This document shows positions 12,702 through 23,540 of a DNA stretch of 49,605 nucleotides, in pieces; position 1 is the stretch's first letter; the number at the start of each line of letters is the position of its first letter. Source of the DNA: Octopus bimaculoides (lineage: Eukaryota); assembly GCF_001194135.2 (NCBI RefSeq), contig NC_068985.1, positions 85,708,828 through 85,758,432 of the forward strand, read 5' to 3'. The position numbers and the translations under genes were made by a program. The notes below the pieces were generated by a model. The model made no database searches and was not told the origin of the DNA. It was given only the letters and a program-made list of their open reading frames with translations.

Positions 12702-12748
12702 AACACAATGTTTCGGCTGATTTACCCTCCACCCTTCATCAGGTTTCT
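12702..12748 (-). ncRNA. Minimal type I hammerhead ribozyme motif (degenerate copy) in the PLE 3' region
   Basis: Minus strand gaaac-CUGAUGA-AGGGUG gaggguaaau CAGCC-GAAA-CAUU-guguu: intact catalytic core, 4/5-bp stem II and near-palindromic stem III AACAUU. PLEs are known to carry such HHRs. Confidence 0.75.
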
Positions 12749-12813
12749 TGGGGAAATTTCAAACCTGGGTTCTCATTGCTAAGGTATTTTTCAATGTTGC
12801 TATTATTATTATT

Positions 12814-12888
12814 CAGGTCACTGCCTAGAATCGAACTCGGAGTCTTGCGGTTAATAGCCCGTGCTCTTAACCACTACGCCATATGCCC
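12814..12888 (-). other. tRNA-derived segment with Pol III A and B boxes, inside the PLE 3' region; not a functional tRNA
   Basis: GGGCATA-TGGCGTAGTGG(A box)-TTAAGAGC...CCGAG-TTCGATT-CTAGG (T arm 4/5 bp, B box). Anticodon stem does not pair; followed by (AAT)4. Confidence 0.8.
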
Positions 12889-13746
12889 GTGGGCAATTAT
12901 GGAGTGAATTTTAGGGCTTATAAATCTAATAATTTTTCTATCCTTCTTTAATACTGGTTCCCATATGCTGCCCATATCTGCACTCAGTCTGCTTAGGAGG
13001 TTGTTGTGTCCTAGCATATGTGCTGCTTCTTTTAGCTTTCATATTTTCCATTGGTGTTCTCTGTCTATCATTTTAACTTCACCCCACAGGGGGAGGTGGT
13101 CTCCATTTTTCCATACATGATCAGCTATACCTGATTTATCAATATCTCCTCGTATCACAGCTTTGTGATGTTCCTCTACCCTTATTTCGAGGGGGTGGCA
13201 TGTTTTGCCTTTGTAAAACCTACCACAGCTGCATGGAATGGAGTACACGCAGTTTTTGGTCATATTCTCTTCTATTGGTGGTTTTACTTGAAGGAGATAT
13301 TTGCAAAGTGTTGTATTACTCTTGAATACTGTCCTGATGTCATATGGGCCACATATCTTTTGTATCTTTCTGGAGATGCCTTTCACATACGGTAGACAGA
13401 CTGTGGACAGTTTATTGGCCTCATCCTCTCTCTTCTTCATAATTGGAGTGGATAGTATACTTTTGGGGTAGCTGTTGCTTAACAAATCGTTATTGTGCTT
13501 GATCATTTCTTCGTGGTGTGCATCACGATCGCTACTTATATTCTTTGCATGATGTTTTAGGCACTGAGCAATCCCTCTCTTTACACTGTATGGATGGTGG
13601 GAATTGAAGTTGAGGTATCATCCAGTAAAGGTTGGCTTGCAGTATATGGATGTCCTGAATCCATACTTGATGTGTGTTATTTATACGTCCAAGAATGCCA
13701 GCTGGTTGTCTTTTTCCTGTTCCATTGTGAACTGTGTGGATGGCAG
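12874..13746 (-). pseudogene. PLE polyprotein remnant: RT C-terminus/thumb plus GIY-YIG endonuclease; 3 in-frame stops, no frameshift
   Basis: One-frame manual translation: FTMEQEKDNQLAFLDV* ... SIYCKPTFTG*YLNFNSHHPYSVKRG ... VCLPYVKGIS ... CVYSIPCSCGRFYKGKT ... RVEEH ... KSGIADH ... KI*KLKEA. Stops at 13683-13681, 13620-13618 and 13041-13039. Confidence 0.93.
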
Positions 13747-15422
13747 CAAATAAGATGAGGACAAATATCTGTCTAATGTAAATAATTCCTCATCTTTTAA
13801 ATATAGAACTGTATCTTGGGCTAGATTTCATTGCAAGGTACTATGGGTGTCATTGGATAGATGGAAACTGTACAGAAGCCTGTCACATGGATTCTAGCTT
13901 ATGATTCAAAATTATAGACTTGTCACAGACACAAACACAGTGAATCCAGAGTCTAAATCTCAAACATTCAATGTTTTAAAATTTAAAAAAAATTAATTTT
14001 ATGTTCCTTTAGAATATCTGGCAGAACAGAATAACACAATGTTTCAAAGCAGAAAAGGTTATTCCAGTCAAGACTGGTGATGCCACTCAAAGTATACAAA
14101 GGATAAACATGGGAAAGAAATAGAGAAAATGACTCATTTATTTCATACTCTTCATTTCCATCCATTTTTCTCAGATTTGAATGGATTATATATAATATTT
14201 ATTTAAAAATGGGGAAATATCTTCTTCTATAGTCGGGTGCAATGATCCCAATTTTGAATTTGAAAACTTTCAAATGTGAGAAAGAAATAGAATAATTCAG
14301 AGTAAGTTAGGTAATTAATCACAGGCAGCTGCTGCCATTTTAATTTTGAATTTTTTTCAGTGTTGTTAATATTTAAGAAATGTCTCCATTTAATATCCTT
14401 GGCACAAAGATGTGCCAATTCACTCTCTTACCATTTGTTCAATATAGTCTCTATTAGCATTCAGTATTGCTTCGTTCTTTGAGCAGGATTGTTGCCATCA
14501 TCTTAATTGTACTTTTGGGGTTTTTAGCATCTGTACAAGAAATTGATGTTTGGTACACAGTCCAGATAGATTCCAGAAGGCTCTGAAGAATGGTATCTTG
14601 TAACTTGGAATTACAAAACTCAAGTAATTTTGGGCATTGAAATTTAGTATGATAAGAATTCCAGTAAGTTTTTGCTCCAGCTGAAGTAAACAGGTCATAG
14701 GTCAACTATTGGCTCTGCTCACAAGAGCAAGATTGGTAATTGTCTTCATGTAACCAGAGATAATTAAAGTTTGCTTAGCAACAACACATTTAGGACTAGG
14801 GGTAATCCAAGATGTTGATATCTCTTGTAGGGAAGATGACCAGTTCAAATCCAGCAATAAACCAAAGAAATTATTCAAATTTTGCAGTCAATGAAAGTTT
14901 TGCCAATCAATGTGAGCTGAAATCATCAGTAACTGGAAACGCTAGAAATTGTTTCCTGAGATTTGGTTCTGAGGATCACAAAAATCTGTATATACCTTGA
15001 TGGTTTTTTTTGGTGGGGATGTGTGAAACGACCGTAAATAGTTGGGGCAACTGATTCAAATCATTATAAGGAATTCTTAAAAAGTTTGAGTGAACGTCAG
15101 CACATTCAGAGCAGTCTCTATAAAACAAGTTGTAGCCAGCTAAAAACACCATTGCAGTGTAGAGAATATGTGTTCCTAGGTTTCTTTGTGACAATAACAT
15201 GACTGGAGTCAATACTGGACTTCATAGCATAAATTATGGGTATTTAAATACAGTAATCTGTAACTGGATTTAAGCCTGTCATGATTCAGAAGAAATGTGT
15301 CTTGTTTGTGTTTAGTTTCCTGCAGCTTTTTCATTGTCACATTTTGTGAGTTCAATTTCATCATCAAGCCAGTCTGAATTTCTTTTCCCTGTGTCACCAA
15401 AAGTCACAAATTTCATACATAG

Positions 15423-15510
15423 AAAAAAAAAAGTTTAGGAGTGAGAGAAAGGTTTGAACTCATGAACCCTGATCCAAGTCCAGTATGTTAGCTGTCCAAC
15501 CATTGTGCTT
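15423..15510 (-). other. Decayed tRNA/SINE-head-like segment followed by a T run
   Basis: Minus strand gcacaatggttgg...gagttcaaacc...tttttttttt: a B-box-like motif plus a Pol III terminator-like tract. Cloverleaf not recoverable. Confidence 0.35.
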
Positions 15511-15935
15511 CATATTTTACTCAAGGATATATCTTACTGGGATTGATTTAGAGTTTTTTCTGATGAGGATTGATAAAAACTTGACTAAATATCAATGTTT
15601 CACCAAAATCTTTGGCGTTGTGATTTAGAAAAGCATTGCCATTCGATATCCATTGAAACTGTGTGTAATAAGATATCCAGATTTTTGGTGTTTTGCCCAG
15701 GGAAAATAAATCAATATAATATTGAAAATTGAAGTATCAGCTAGGGTGTTAGATGTTTCAACATATGTATAACAGATACACTTGTATAGCAGTTATTGAT
15801 TGGAAGCAACGATAGTCATTAGAACGAGTAGGCTTGTGGCGGTTTGCATTAGCAGGAATTGGTTAATAAATACAACACAACATATTAAAAAATATACATA
15901 TATACTGTATCTTATATATATATATATATATATAT

Positions 15936-16070
15936 NNNNNNNNNNNNNNNNNNNNNNNNNNNNNNNNNNNNNNNNNNNNNNNNNNNNNNNNNNNNNNNNN
16001 NNNNNNNNNNNNNNNNNNNNNNNNNNNNNNNNNNNNNNNNNNNNNNNNNNNNNNNNNNNNNNNNNNNNNN
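15936..16070. other. Assembly gap (N). Other gaps: 20005-20014, 21842-22369, 34200-34209, 38686-38695, 41695-42315, 46221-46230, 47385-47492
   Basis: N runs, mostly abutting (TA)n or G runs. Confidence 1.
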
Positions 16071-16093
16071 TATATGAATAATACATTATAAAT

Positions 16094-16135
<42 letters not shown>

Positions 16136-17396
16136 CGCACACACACATACTCACACACTCATATGCACACATATCTGTGATGGTGCTTAACTTTTTTGAT
16201 GGAAATCATCCACACATTAATCTTTGTAACATTGTTAAATGACCTTGATAGAAACATTTCTGTGAGAAGAATTAGGAATTCCTCATCTGGGTTCGCTGAT
16301 TCTTATCAATGTGATCCTTTAGTCTTTTAAATTGAACAAATATAAATAAATAAATGAATAAATAAACAAACAAAACAGAAATTAAAAAAAATAAAATGCA
16401 AGTTTAATTTAGAATTTACATATTAAAAATGTGGATTGTGAAAACAAGGGTGGATCTTGATGAGGGATTTTGTGGTTTCTGTAAAATGTTATCAAAACAA
16501 AACCCCTGGATCCAGTATCAAACACACTTCATTATTTTAACATGGAATTGTCTTGTGTTCTAAAGAGTCTAATAGTGAATAAGACAATTATGATGGTGAT
16601 GGTGGAGGTGATGATGATAATGTTGGGGATGATGGTGATGATGGTGATGATGCAGGTGTTTTACAAATTTTATTCATTTGCACTGCAGCCATGTTGAGGC
16701 CTGTCCCATCTTGAATGAATGATTTTTATGACTTATACCACATATATATATAAATATGTGTGTTTGTGTGAGTATGTGTGTTTATATATATGTATATATG
16801 TGTGTATATATACATATATATAGAAAAGAGAGAAAGAGATGCCCCTGGTGGACCATTTCACAGTTTGTTGATTGTTCCCCAGGGAAGAGATTCCCAGTTT
16901 CTTTCTCCATGCAAGAACATACAATATTCATCTTATACATAATACAAAGGGGTCACAATTTATGCTACCCTTGTAGTGGGGACCTTAATTTGAATATTTG
17001 TGCTTTTGAATGTTCATCATTCATTAAACAACAAATATTCTATGCAGAGCATTGTATAAATGGTCTTCCTCGGTCATGAGTGGACGGCCATCATGTATGT
17101 ATGTATGTGTGCCACTATGTGTGTGTGCATGATTGTTCCCTACTTTGCCAACCCCAAAAGATGGAAGTTGATGGCAATTCTGGAGGAAGAGGGGAAAGGG
17201 AGGTAACCAAATACCAAAGAATACTTTGCCAAACTTCAGCCTTTGCTTGGAATCAATCGTTCTCAGTGTCTGAGAGTCTAGGCTATGGCACAGTTCCTTG
17301 CTCGTAATCAGACCAAAGTTAATTTCTGGTGGGACACACAATGGTGGGTGCAGTCTATTACATTGAGCCCAGAATATGACTGGTACTTACTTTATT

Positions 17397-17500
17397 CCTT
17401 TAGCATTTAAACTGGCCAGATCCAGCCTTTCACACTTACCTGACAATATTATTTGAGAAATAAACAATCACATCATTGGAATCTCAAAGCTACACAGTCG
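17397..17500. mobile_element. MITE fragment (left end), same family as 7757-7940
   Basis: cctttagcatttaaactggccagatccagcctttcacac...catcattggaatctcaaagcta. Confidence 0.5.
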
Positions 17501-17635
17501 GGCATGACAGATTTGAATGAATGGGAATCCATAAGTCTTACATTTGGGAAAGAAATCTGGATGCTGAGGGGTCAAGGAACCTTGTGAAGATGAAAGGCGG
17601 GGGGGGGGGGATCCCCACACGCAAAACTGACTATT

Positions 17636-18157
17636 TGTGATGAGGATGGTAATGATGGTGATGGAAAGCATAAGAGTTGTAAAAGTAGTGGTGTTAGTAG
17701 TAGTAGTAGTAGTAGTCTTGATGTTAGTGGTAGTAGTAGTAGTTGTAGTAGATATAATAATAACACTGATAATGATGATAATAATAATGACTCCTTTAAA
17801 AACTTGTGGTGGTAAATAATAAATTGATGCTGGAAAGGATGTTGAAGTGAGATTGCCATGGTAACAACCATAGCAACAATAATGGTGGTAGCGGTGGTGA
17901 GCGATGATAACAATGATGATGACTATGTTGATGATGATGGTTGTTATGGTGGTGGTGATAGTGGGAGTGGTGATGATTATGATGATGACTGTTGTGGTGC
18001 TGCTGATAAAAATGGGATGTTGATGATGATGATGAGGAGGATGATGGTGATGGTGATGGTGATGGTGGTGGCAGTGATGAAAAAGGTGCTGATGCTGGTA
18101 GTAGGAATGATGGTGATGCTGATGCTAATTGTGATGGTGGTGATGGCCATGATGATA
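17636..18157. repeat. Compound trinucleotide block (GAT/GGT/TAG/TAA). Similar blocks at 23837-24410, 29848-29943, 33119-33180 and 49372-49520
   Basis: Interleaved imperfect triplet repeats; source of the poly-M/V/D/H track ORFs. Confidence 0.95.
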
Positions 18158-19786
18158 TAATTGCAATTATTTGTTTTCATAAAAATAAAAATTAAGAATA
18201 TTTATAAAAACAAAAAACAAAAAGAAAGAAAGGAAGGTGAAAAAAAACTGTATATTGTTGATGTAACTCGGTTTCGATTGTTTCTCGTGACAATTTTATA
18301 TTTTCCAAAACAAAATCAATTTTCATTTATCCAGTTTTGGAGTGGAACATTATGAAAGTGTTTCAGACTCACAGAAATCAATAGTTTCAGCAAGATTTAA
18401 TGTCAACCAATAATTTGGTAAGAGTTTTGGAGGTGAGGTTGCTTTTAGTTGTTGTTGTTCTTGTTGTTGCTGTTGCTACTGCTCTCATTATGAAATGTTT
18501 CCAGGCACTCACTGCACTCTACCAGCTGGATAATGTGGTCGGAGGAAATTCAACCAGAATATTCTATAAATTGTTGGTGAAGGATGATACAGAAAATGGT
18601 GGCCTTGCAAATGGTTTTTTATGTGGTTCTTTCTTTGGGGAGACTTTCAGATTGGAGATTATGGACAATTTTCAAAAGTCCTTCACTTGGCTCTGCTACA
18701 ACTGGTTTAGAATAATTTCTGCAGCCAGTATTATTATTATTATTATTTGGGTCACCAGCGACTAAACCTGTCTCCAATGTGCAGGTGGCAGCGGGTGGGG
18801 TGGGGGAATTGTTTTCTTTTGTATTCAAAACATCTATAAAACCACAGTGTTCAGGAAATATAAAAACGAAAATAAGGAGAGAGTGGAAGAAGTTCAGAGA
18901 GTTATTAAGTCAGTTGCACCAAGATTGTAATTTGGTTGTGTATAAAGTAGGATGATAGATGGGAGAGAGAGATGCGAGTAGAGAAAGCAGGGGATGTGCA
19001 AAGATTGAAGAGAACATGCTCTGATGTTTGTATGAATGATTGTGGTGGAGACAGAACGAGAGATAAGCTGGTCCTCACAGACTACCCAGACTGTGTGGCT
19101 ACTATATTGGTGAGGAGAGACGAGTGACTCAAGTAAATGTGAGTGTAGCTGATGCAAGATCAAGCACCTCCAAGGAGTAGAGTCTACTTTAGTGTAACCT
19201 AATGTTGTTTTAGGCAGACTAAAACCGAAGTAAAAAAAATAGTCACAGCTGCAATGGCTTTGATCACAGTATTGATTGGGTCAGAATTGATCTGGGAAAC
19301 AACAACAACGACGATGGATACGATGACAACAACAGCAATGATGATGACAGTGAGATGAGAAAAAAAAAAACCCCAGAAAATTTCAAAGACCTCAATAAAT
19401 AACTAGAAATCTATAAGAGAACTTCATAAGATATGTGGGAAACATCAGTTTGGATCTAGTTGGATGTTATTGATAAAGCAGAACAGAGCAGGGATTTGAT
19501 GTAACAGTCGCTTGCCTGTCGGTGATTTTGTTTAGCGTTTGGGAATAAAAAGTAAGAAAGAGGATTAAAATAGTTTAACTGATCAAATTTGGTAACTGGC
19601 ACTTCAGAGACCAAACAGTTAACATAACTTTACAGAAATGTTCGAAATGTCTCTGACATTACAATTCAATCGTTAGAATTAGTTCTAATATGACTGTACT
19701 ACAAAGTAACTGGTTCTTCATGAAGTTGAAGATATAATAAAGATTCAGGTAACTGAGACATTTAGGGTTAATTCAATCAATTAGAG

Positions 19787-20864
19787 CAGCGTTTTTCAAC
19801 TGGGGTTCCCCGGAACCTTACGGTTCCACAAAGGGTTCCTAAGGGTTCTGCAAGAAAGAGTAAGATAAACTAATACTAATTCCATGATCGTAATATTATT
19901 ATACATGCACAACATATTGTAATATTGTGATATAGACATCATCCTATCTAACCAATTATGTTATCAAAAGAATATAACAACCATTGGGGATATATTTAGT
20001 GATGNNNNNNNNNNTATATATATATATATATATGTATAAAAGATAATTTTTAATAGAGACAATACTCTGTGTATAGTACAACTAATTTTTTTTTGGTGCT
20101 CGTTTATGAGCTAAGGAGTAATAAAAATTTGTAGAAGATGTAAATTCCAGTTGTCAGTACTTTACATTGGAAAATGAAATTGTGCTTACAATGACTTGGA
20201 TGGGAAACATGTTTATATTAAAAATTAAAAATTTAAAACTAATAAAAGATAATAAAAAAATATAATAAAAATAAGACATAAGGTGTAAATGAACATGAAA
20301 ACTGTATACATATATACAAATTTCATTGTCAATGGTAGATTCAGCTTGAGAGAAGCAAATGGATTCAAGCTCACACACATGATCTGAAAAGTTTGAAACT
20401 GCAGTATTGAATTATCCTTCATTCCTCTAACGATCTCTGTAGAGGTAAGACAGAATTTCCCTATTTTCACCGCCAGTAAATATCTCTGCCTGTAAACATT
20501 CAGTGAAGCTCTACATAGTGCTGATAGCTCACTGGCTGCTATTTCTAGCAATGATTGTAAACCTATTTTATACATTTATAATTCTACCTTCATGGTGCTT
20601 TATTCTTGCTGGATAGTAATAATATTTATGTTTCTTGCATATCTTTTCATTGATCTTGGTTTTGATTTTGACGGAGGATTTCAGCTGAGTAAACAGGCAG
20701 AGATGTAGTGGATATTTCAAAATTTCATTGTCAATGGTAGATTCAACTGAAGAGAACCAGTCAGATTCGTACTCATGCACATGATATAAAAAGTTTATAT
20801 ATATATATACATATATATATACATATATATATACATATATATATATACATACATATATATATAC

Positions 20865-20895
<31 letters not shown>

Positions 20896-21033
20896 CATAT
20901 ATATATACCATGTGGACTATGCTGAAAATATATGAGAAAGATATGCTGCATAATTTTTTTTGTGCAGGGGTTCCTTGAGACATGTAATTTATTCTAAGGG
21001 TTACGCAAGGGTAAAAAAAGTTGAGAAACACTG
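19787..21033. mobile_element. Non-autonomous hAT (Charlie-like) DNA transposon
   Basis: TIRs CAGCGTTTTTCAAC (19787) and GTTGAGAAACACTG (ends 21033) match 12/14. The 8-bp flanks aattagag / atttggag match 6/8 (decayed TSD). Repeated gggttcc subterminal motifs at both ends. Confidence 0.8.
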
Positions 21034-21803
21034 ATTTGGAGGAAGAGCTCTAGTAAAACAGAACAATATATTTTAGAAATTGATTGAGTCTAATTCTGTC
21101 AATTATGGGAGCTTCGTTAGCAGAAACATAAATACTGAATTAAGAAAAGGCTTGTATTTCAAGTAGATGTGCGTATGTGTGTGTGTTGGTGGACCTCTGA
21201 TGATAAATTTAACCAAAAGAGTAGCCAACATTGTGTGTTTTCAATCTATTAATTTATAATAATATTGTGCTTGTATAAATTATTAAAGACAGGAAGGTGA
21301 CATATTTGACAGCCAGTTAACAATGCAATTAATTATGGTCACTGAGGCCATCGATGTGTTCCAAGATTGATAACTGGAATTCTGAGATTGAGAACTGGAA
21401 TTATCAGCAGTGTATTTAGTAAAAACTTTGGGTGAATATTTTTATTTTGTAAATTTAAGATAAGATATATCATCTGTATGGAATAAAAATAGTAATTATG
21501 ACATCTTGCACGGAATTCTTCCAAACTTGCAGTGATTTAATGTTCAACCAAAAACACAAAATTAAGAAGTAGATAAATTAATTAGAAAACTATTTATTTA
21601 TTTATTAATTATTTATTATTATTTTAATTTTCTATGTCTTAAATATAAATTCTTGAAATATTTCAATCTGATATTTAAATCTTATTTCATGTTTGTGAGT
21701 AAACAAAAATGGTGTTGCATTTAACGAGAAATAATTACACACACACTCACACATACACACACACACACATATACACATATGCATATATATGTATGAATAT
21801 ATG

Positions 21804-21841
<38 letters not shown>

Positions 21842-22501
21842 NNNNNNNNNNNNNNNNNNNNNNNNNNNNNNNNNNNNNNNNNNNNNNNNNNNNNNNNNNN
21901 NNNNNNNNNNNNNNNNNNNNNNNNNNNNNNNNNNNNNNNNNNNNNNNNNNNNNNNNNNNNNNNNNNNNNNNNNNNNNNNNNNNNNNNNNNNNNNNNNNNN
22001 NNNNNNNNNNNNNNNNNNNNNNNNNNNNNNNNNNNNNNNNNNNNNNNNNNNNNNNNNNNNNNNNNNNNNNNNNNNNNNNNNNNNNNNNNNNNNNNNNNNN
22101 NNNNNNNNNNNNNNNNNNNNNNNNNNNNNNNNNNNNNNNNNNNNNNNNNNNNNNNNNNNNNNNNNNNNNNNNNNNNNNNNNNNNNNNNNNNNNNNNNNNN
22201 NNNNNNNNNNNNNNNNNNNNNNNNNNNNNNNNNNNNNNNNNNNNNNNNNNNNNNNNNNNNNNNNNNNNNNNNNNNNNNNNNNNNNNNNNNNNNNNNNNNN
22301 NNNNNNNNNNNNNNNNNNNNNNNNNNNNNNNNNNNNNNNNNNNNNNNNNNNNNNNNNNNNNNNNNNNNNCTGCTATTTTTCAGCGTGGTGGTATCTCTTA
22401 GATACCCTGTATTATAATTTTAAATAATTATTACCTTTGATGGTTTTTATTCCCATGCTGACCACTTAATAAGATCAATATTTTAAATATCGATCTTATC
22501 C

Positions 22502-22539
<38 letters not shown>

Positions 22540-22589
22540 AATGTGATAAAGAGACCAATGGTATAAACAAATTTATATTTTATGTAGAA

Positions 22590-22640
22590 TGTCTTACAGC
22601 TGTTTCAAGGAAAATTCAATGTATCCCTTCATTGGAGATG
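22590..22640 (-). ncRNA. Second, more decayed minimal hammerhead-like motif
   Basis: Minus strand ucu-CCAAUGA-aggga..uuccuu-GAAA-CAGCUGUA-aga: palindromic stem III ACAGCUGU with a GUA site and 3-bp stem I. The core has two substitutions versus CUGAUGA. Confidence 0.45.
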
Positions 22641-22812
22641 GTAATAGTAGAAGTTAAGGATTATTACATCAGTATGAGGAGATTTGCAGTAAGAAATGAG
22701 AGCGATGCGGAGAAGAAAAAAACAACGAAGAAAAAGTACTTGGAGCATAGCTCCATTCCAAAGGTATTACCCGTAACATTCGAGTCTGGTTGACTCCATT
22801 ACCCACCATAAC

Positions 22813-22852
<40 letters not shown>

Positions 22853-22871
22853 TTTATTAATAAAGATGGAA

Positions 22872-23270
22872 AGACATCACAAAAACTGTCTTGGTCACTA
22901 GTCATTAACTCTGTAAGGCTCAAAGCATGGAGATCATGCTTCACTACCTATTCCACAGGTTCTGTCCAGAGTTAGAGATCAGCACTTCTTTACACAGCTG
23001 TCCTCAACCATCTGCATCACATGACCATACCAGCACAGTCACCTCTCTTGCACACCACATCTCATGTCTCTTATGACTTAACTTTTCTCTCAAGATGATT
23101 ACACTCTGTCATGTATGCACACTGACATTGCACATCCAGTGAAGCATACTGGCTTCATTCCTTTCAAGCCTTTCACATGTCCTTGGCTGTCACAGCCTAT
23201 GTTTTACTGCCATGTAATATAGCTGTTTGCACACAGGCATCATACAATCTGCCTTTCACTCCGAGAGAGA
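22872..23270 (-). mobile_element. RTE-clade LINE, 3' end of RT ORF (pseudogenised)
   Basis: Manual translation across shifts: SLGVKGRLYDACVQTAILHGSKT*AVT ... LERNEASMLHWMCNVSV ... LREKL ... CWYGHVMQM.EDSCV ... VVKHDLHALSLTELMTSD; the LYxAxVxxxxLxGSETW and WxGHVxRM motifs are typical of RTE. Confidence 0.85.
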
Positions 23271-23500
23271 AAGAAGAAGAAGGCAGATGCAAAAAGTGGA
23301 GTGGCAAAACAAAGGGTGGATAAAGATGGAAATAGAAAGGAAAGAAAAGAAAACTAAATTTGCGACCCTTTTGACCACAGAAATCATAATTAAATTAGCT
23401 GGTGTAAAATAATTGAACGGAGAGGAGTCTGCGAGACAGCTGTTCAATCTAGAGAGGAACATATATATGATGGACGTCCTGCAGTTTCTGTCTGCCATGA

Positions 23501-23540
<40 letters not shown>

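Larger units (their letters stand above)
12658..13785 (-). mobile_element. Penelope-like retroelement (PLE), 5'-truncated, with an inverted copy of its 3' end at the 5' junction
   Basis: Encodes a PLE RT C-terminus and GIY-YIG domain. Segments 12658-12695 and 13748-13785 are 35/38-identical inverted repeats. Confidence 0.93.

Noticed and set aside
12814-12888. Functional tRNA gene
   Set aside because: The anticodon stem does not pair, the acceptor and D stems are imperfect, and there is no downstream T-run terminator.
13039-13506. Stand-alone host GIY-YIG nuclease gene
   Set aside because: It is in frame with upstream PLE RT motifs and bounded by premature stops; the GIY-YIG motif is degraded (YKGKT).
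17430-17450. Minus-strand CAG|GTAAGT
   Set aside because: No pyrimidine tract, and it lies inside a MITE fragment.
18400-18765. 121-aa plus ORF, and an overlapping 51-nt minus exon candidate (IFWLNFLRPHYPAGRV)
   Set aside because: The ORF is padded by GTT and ATT repeats, no motif is recognised, and the minus acceptor is only moderate.
21367-21408. 21-bp tandem duplication reading IDNWNSEIENWNY
   Set aside because: Two copies only, flanked by stops and without splice signals.
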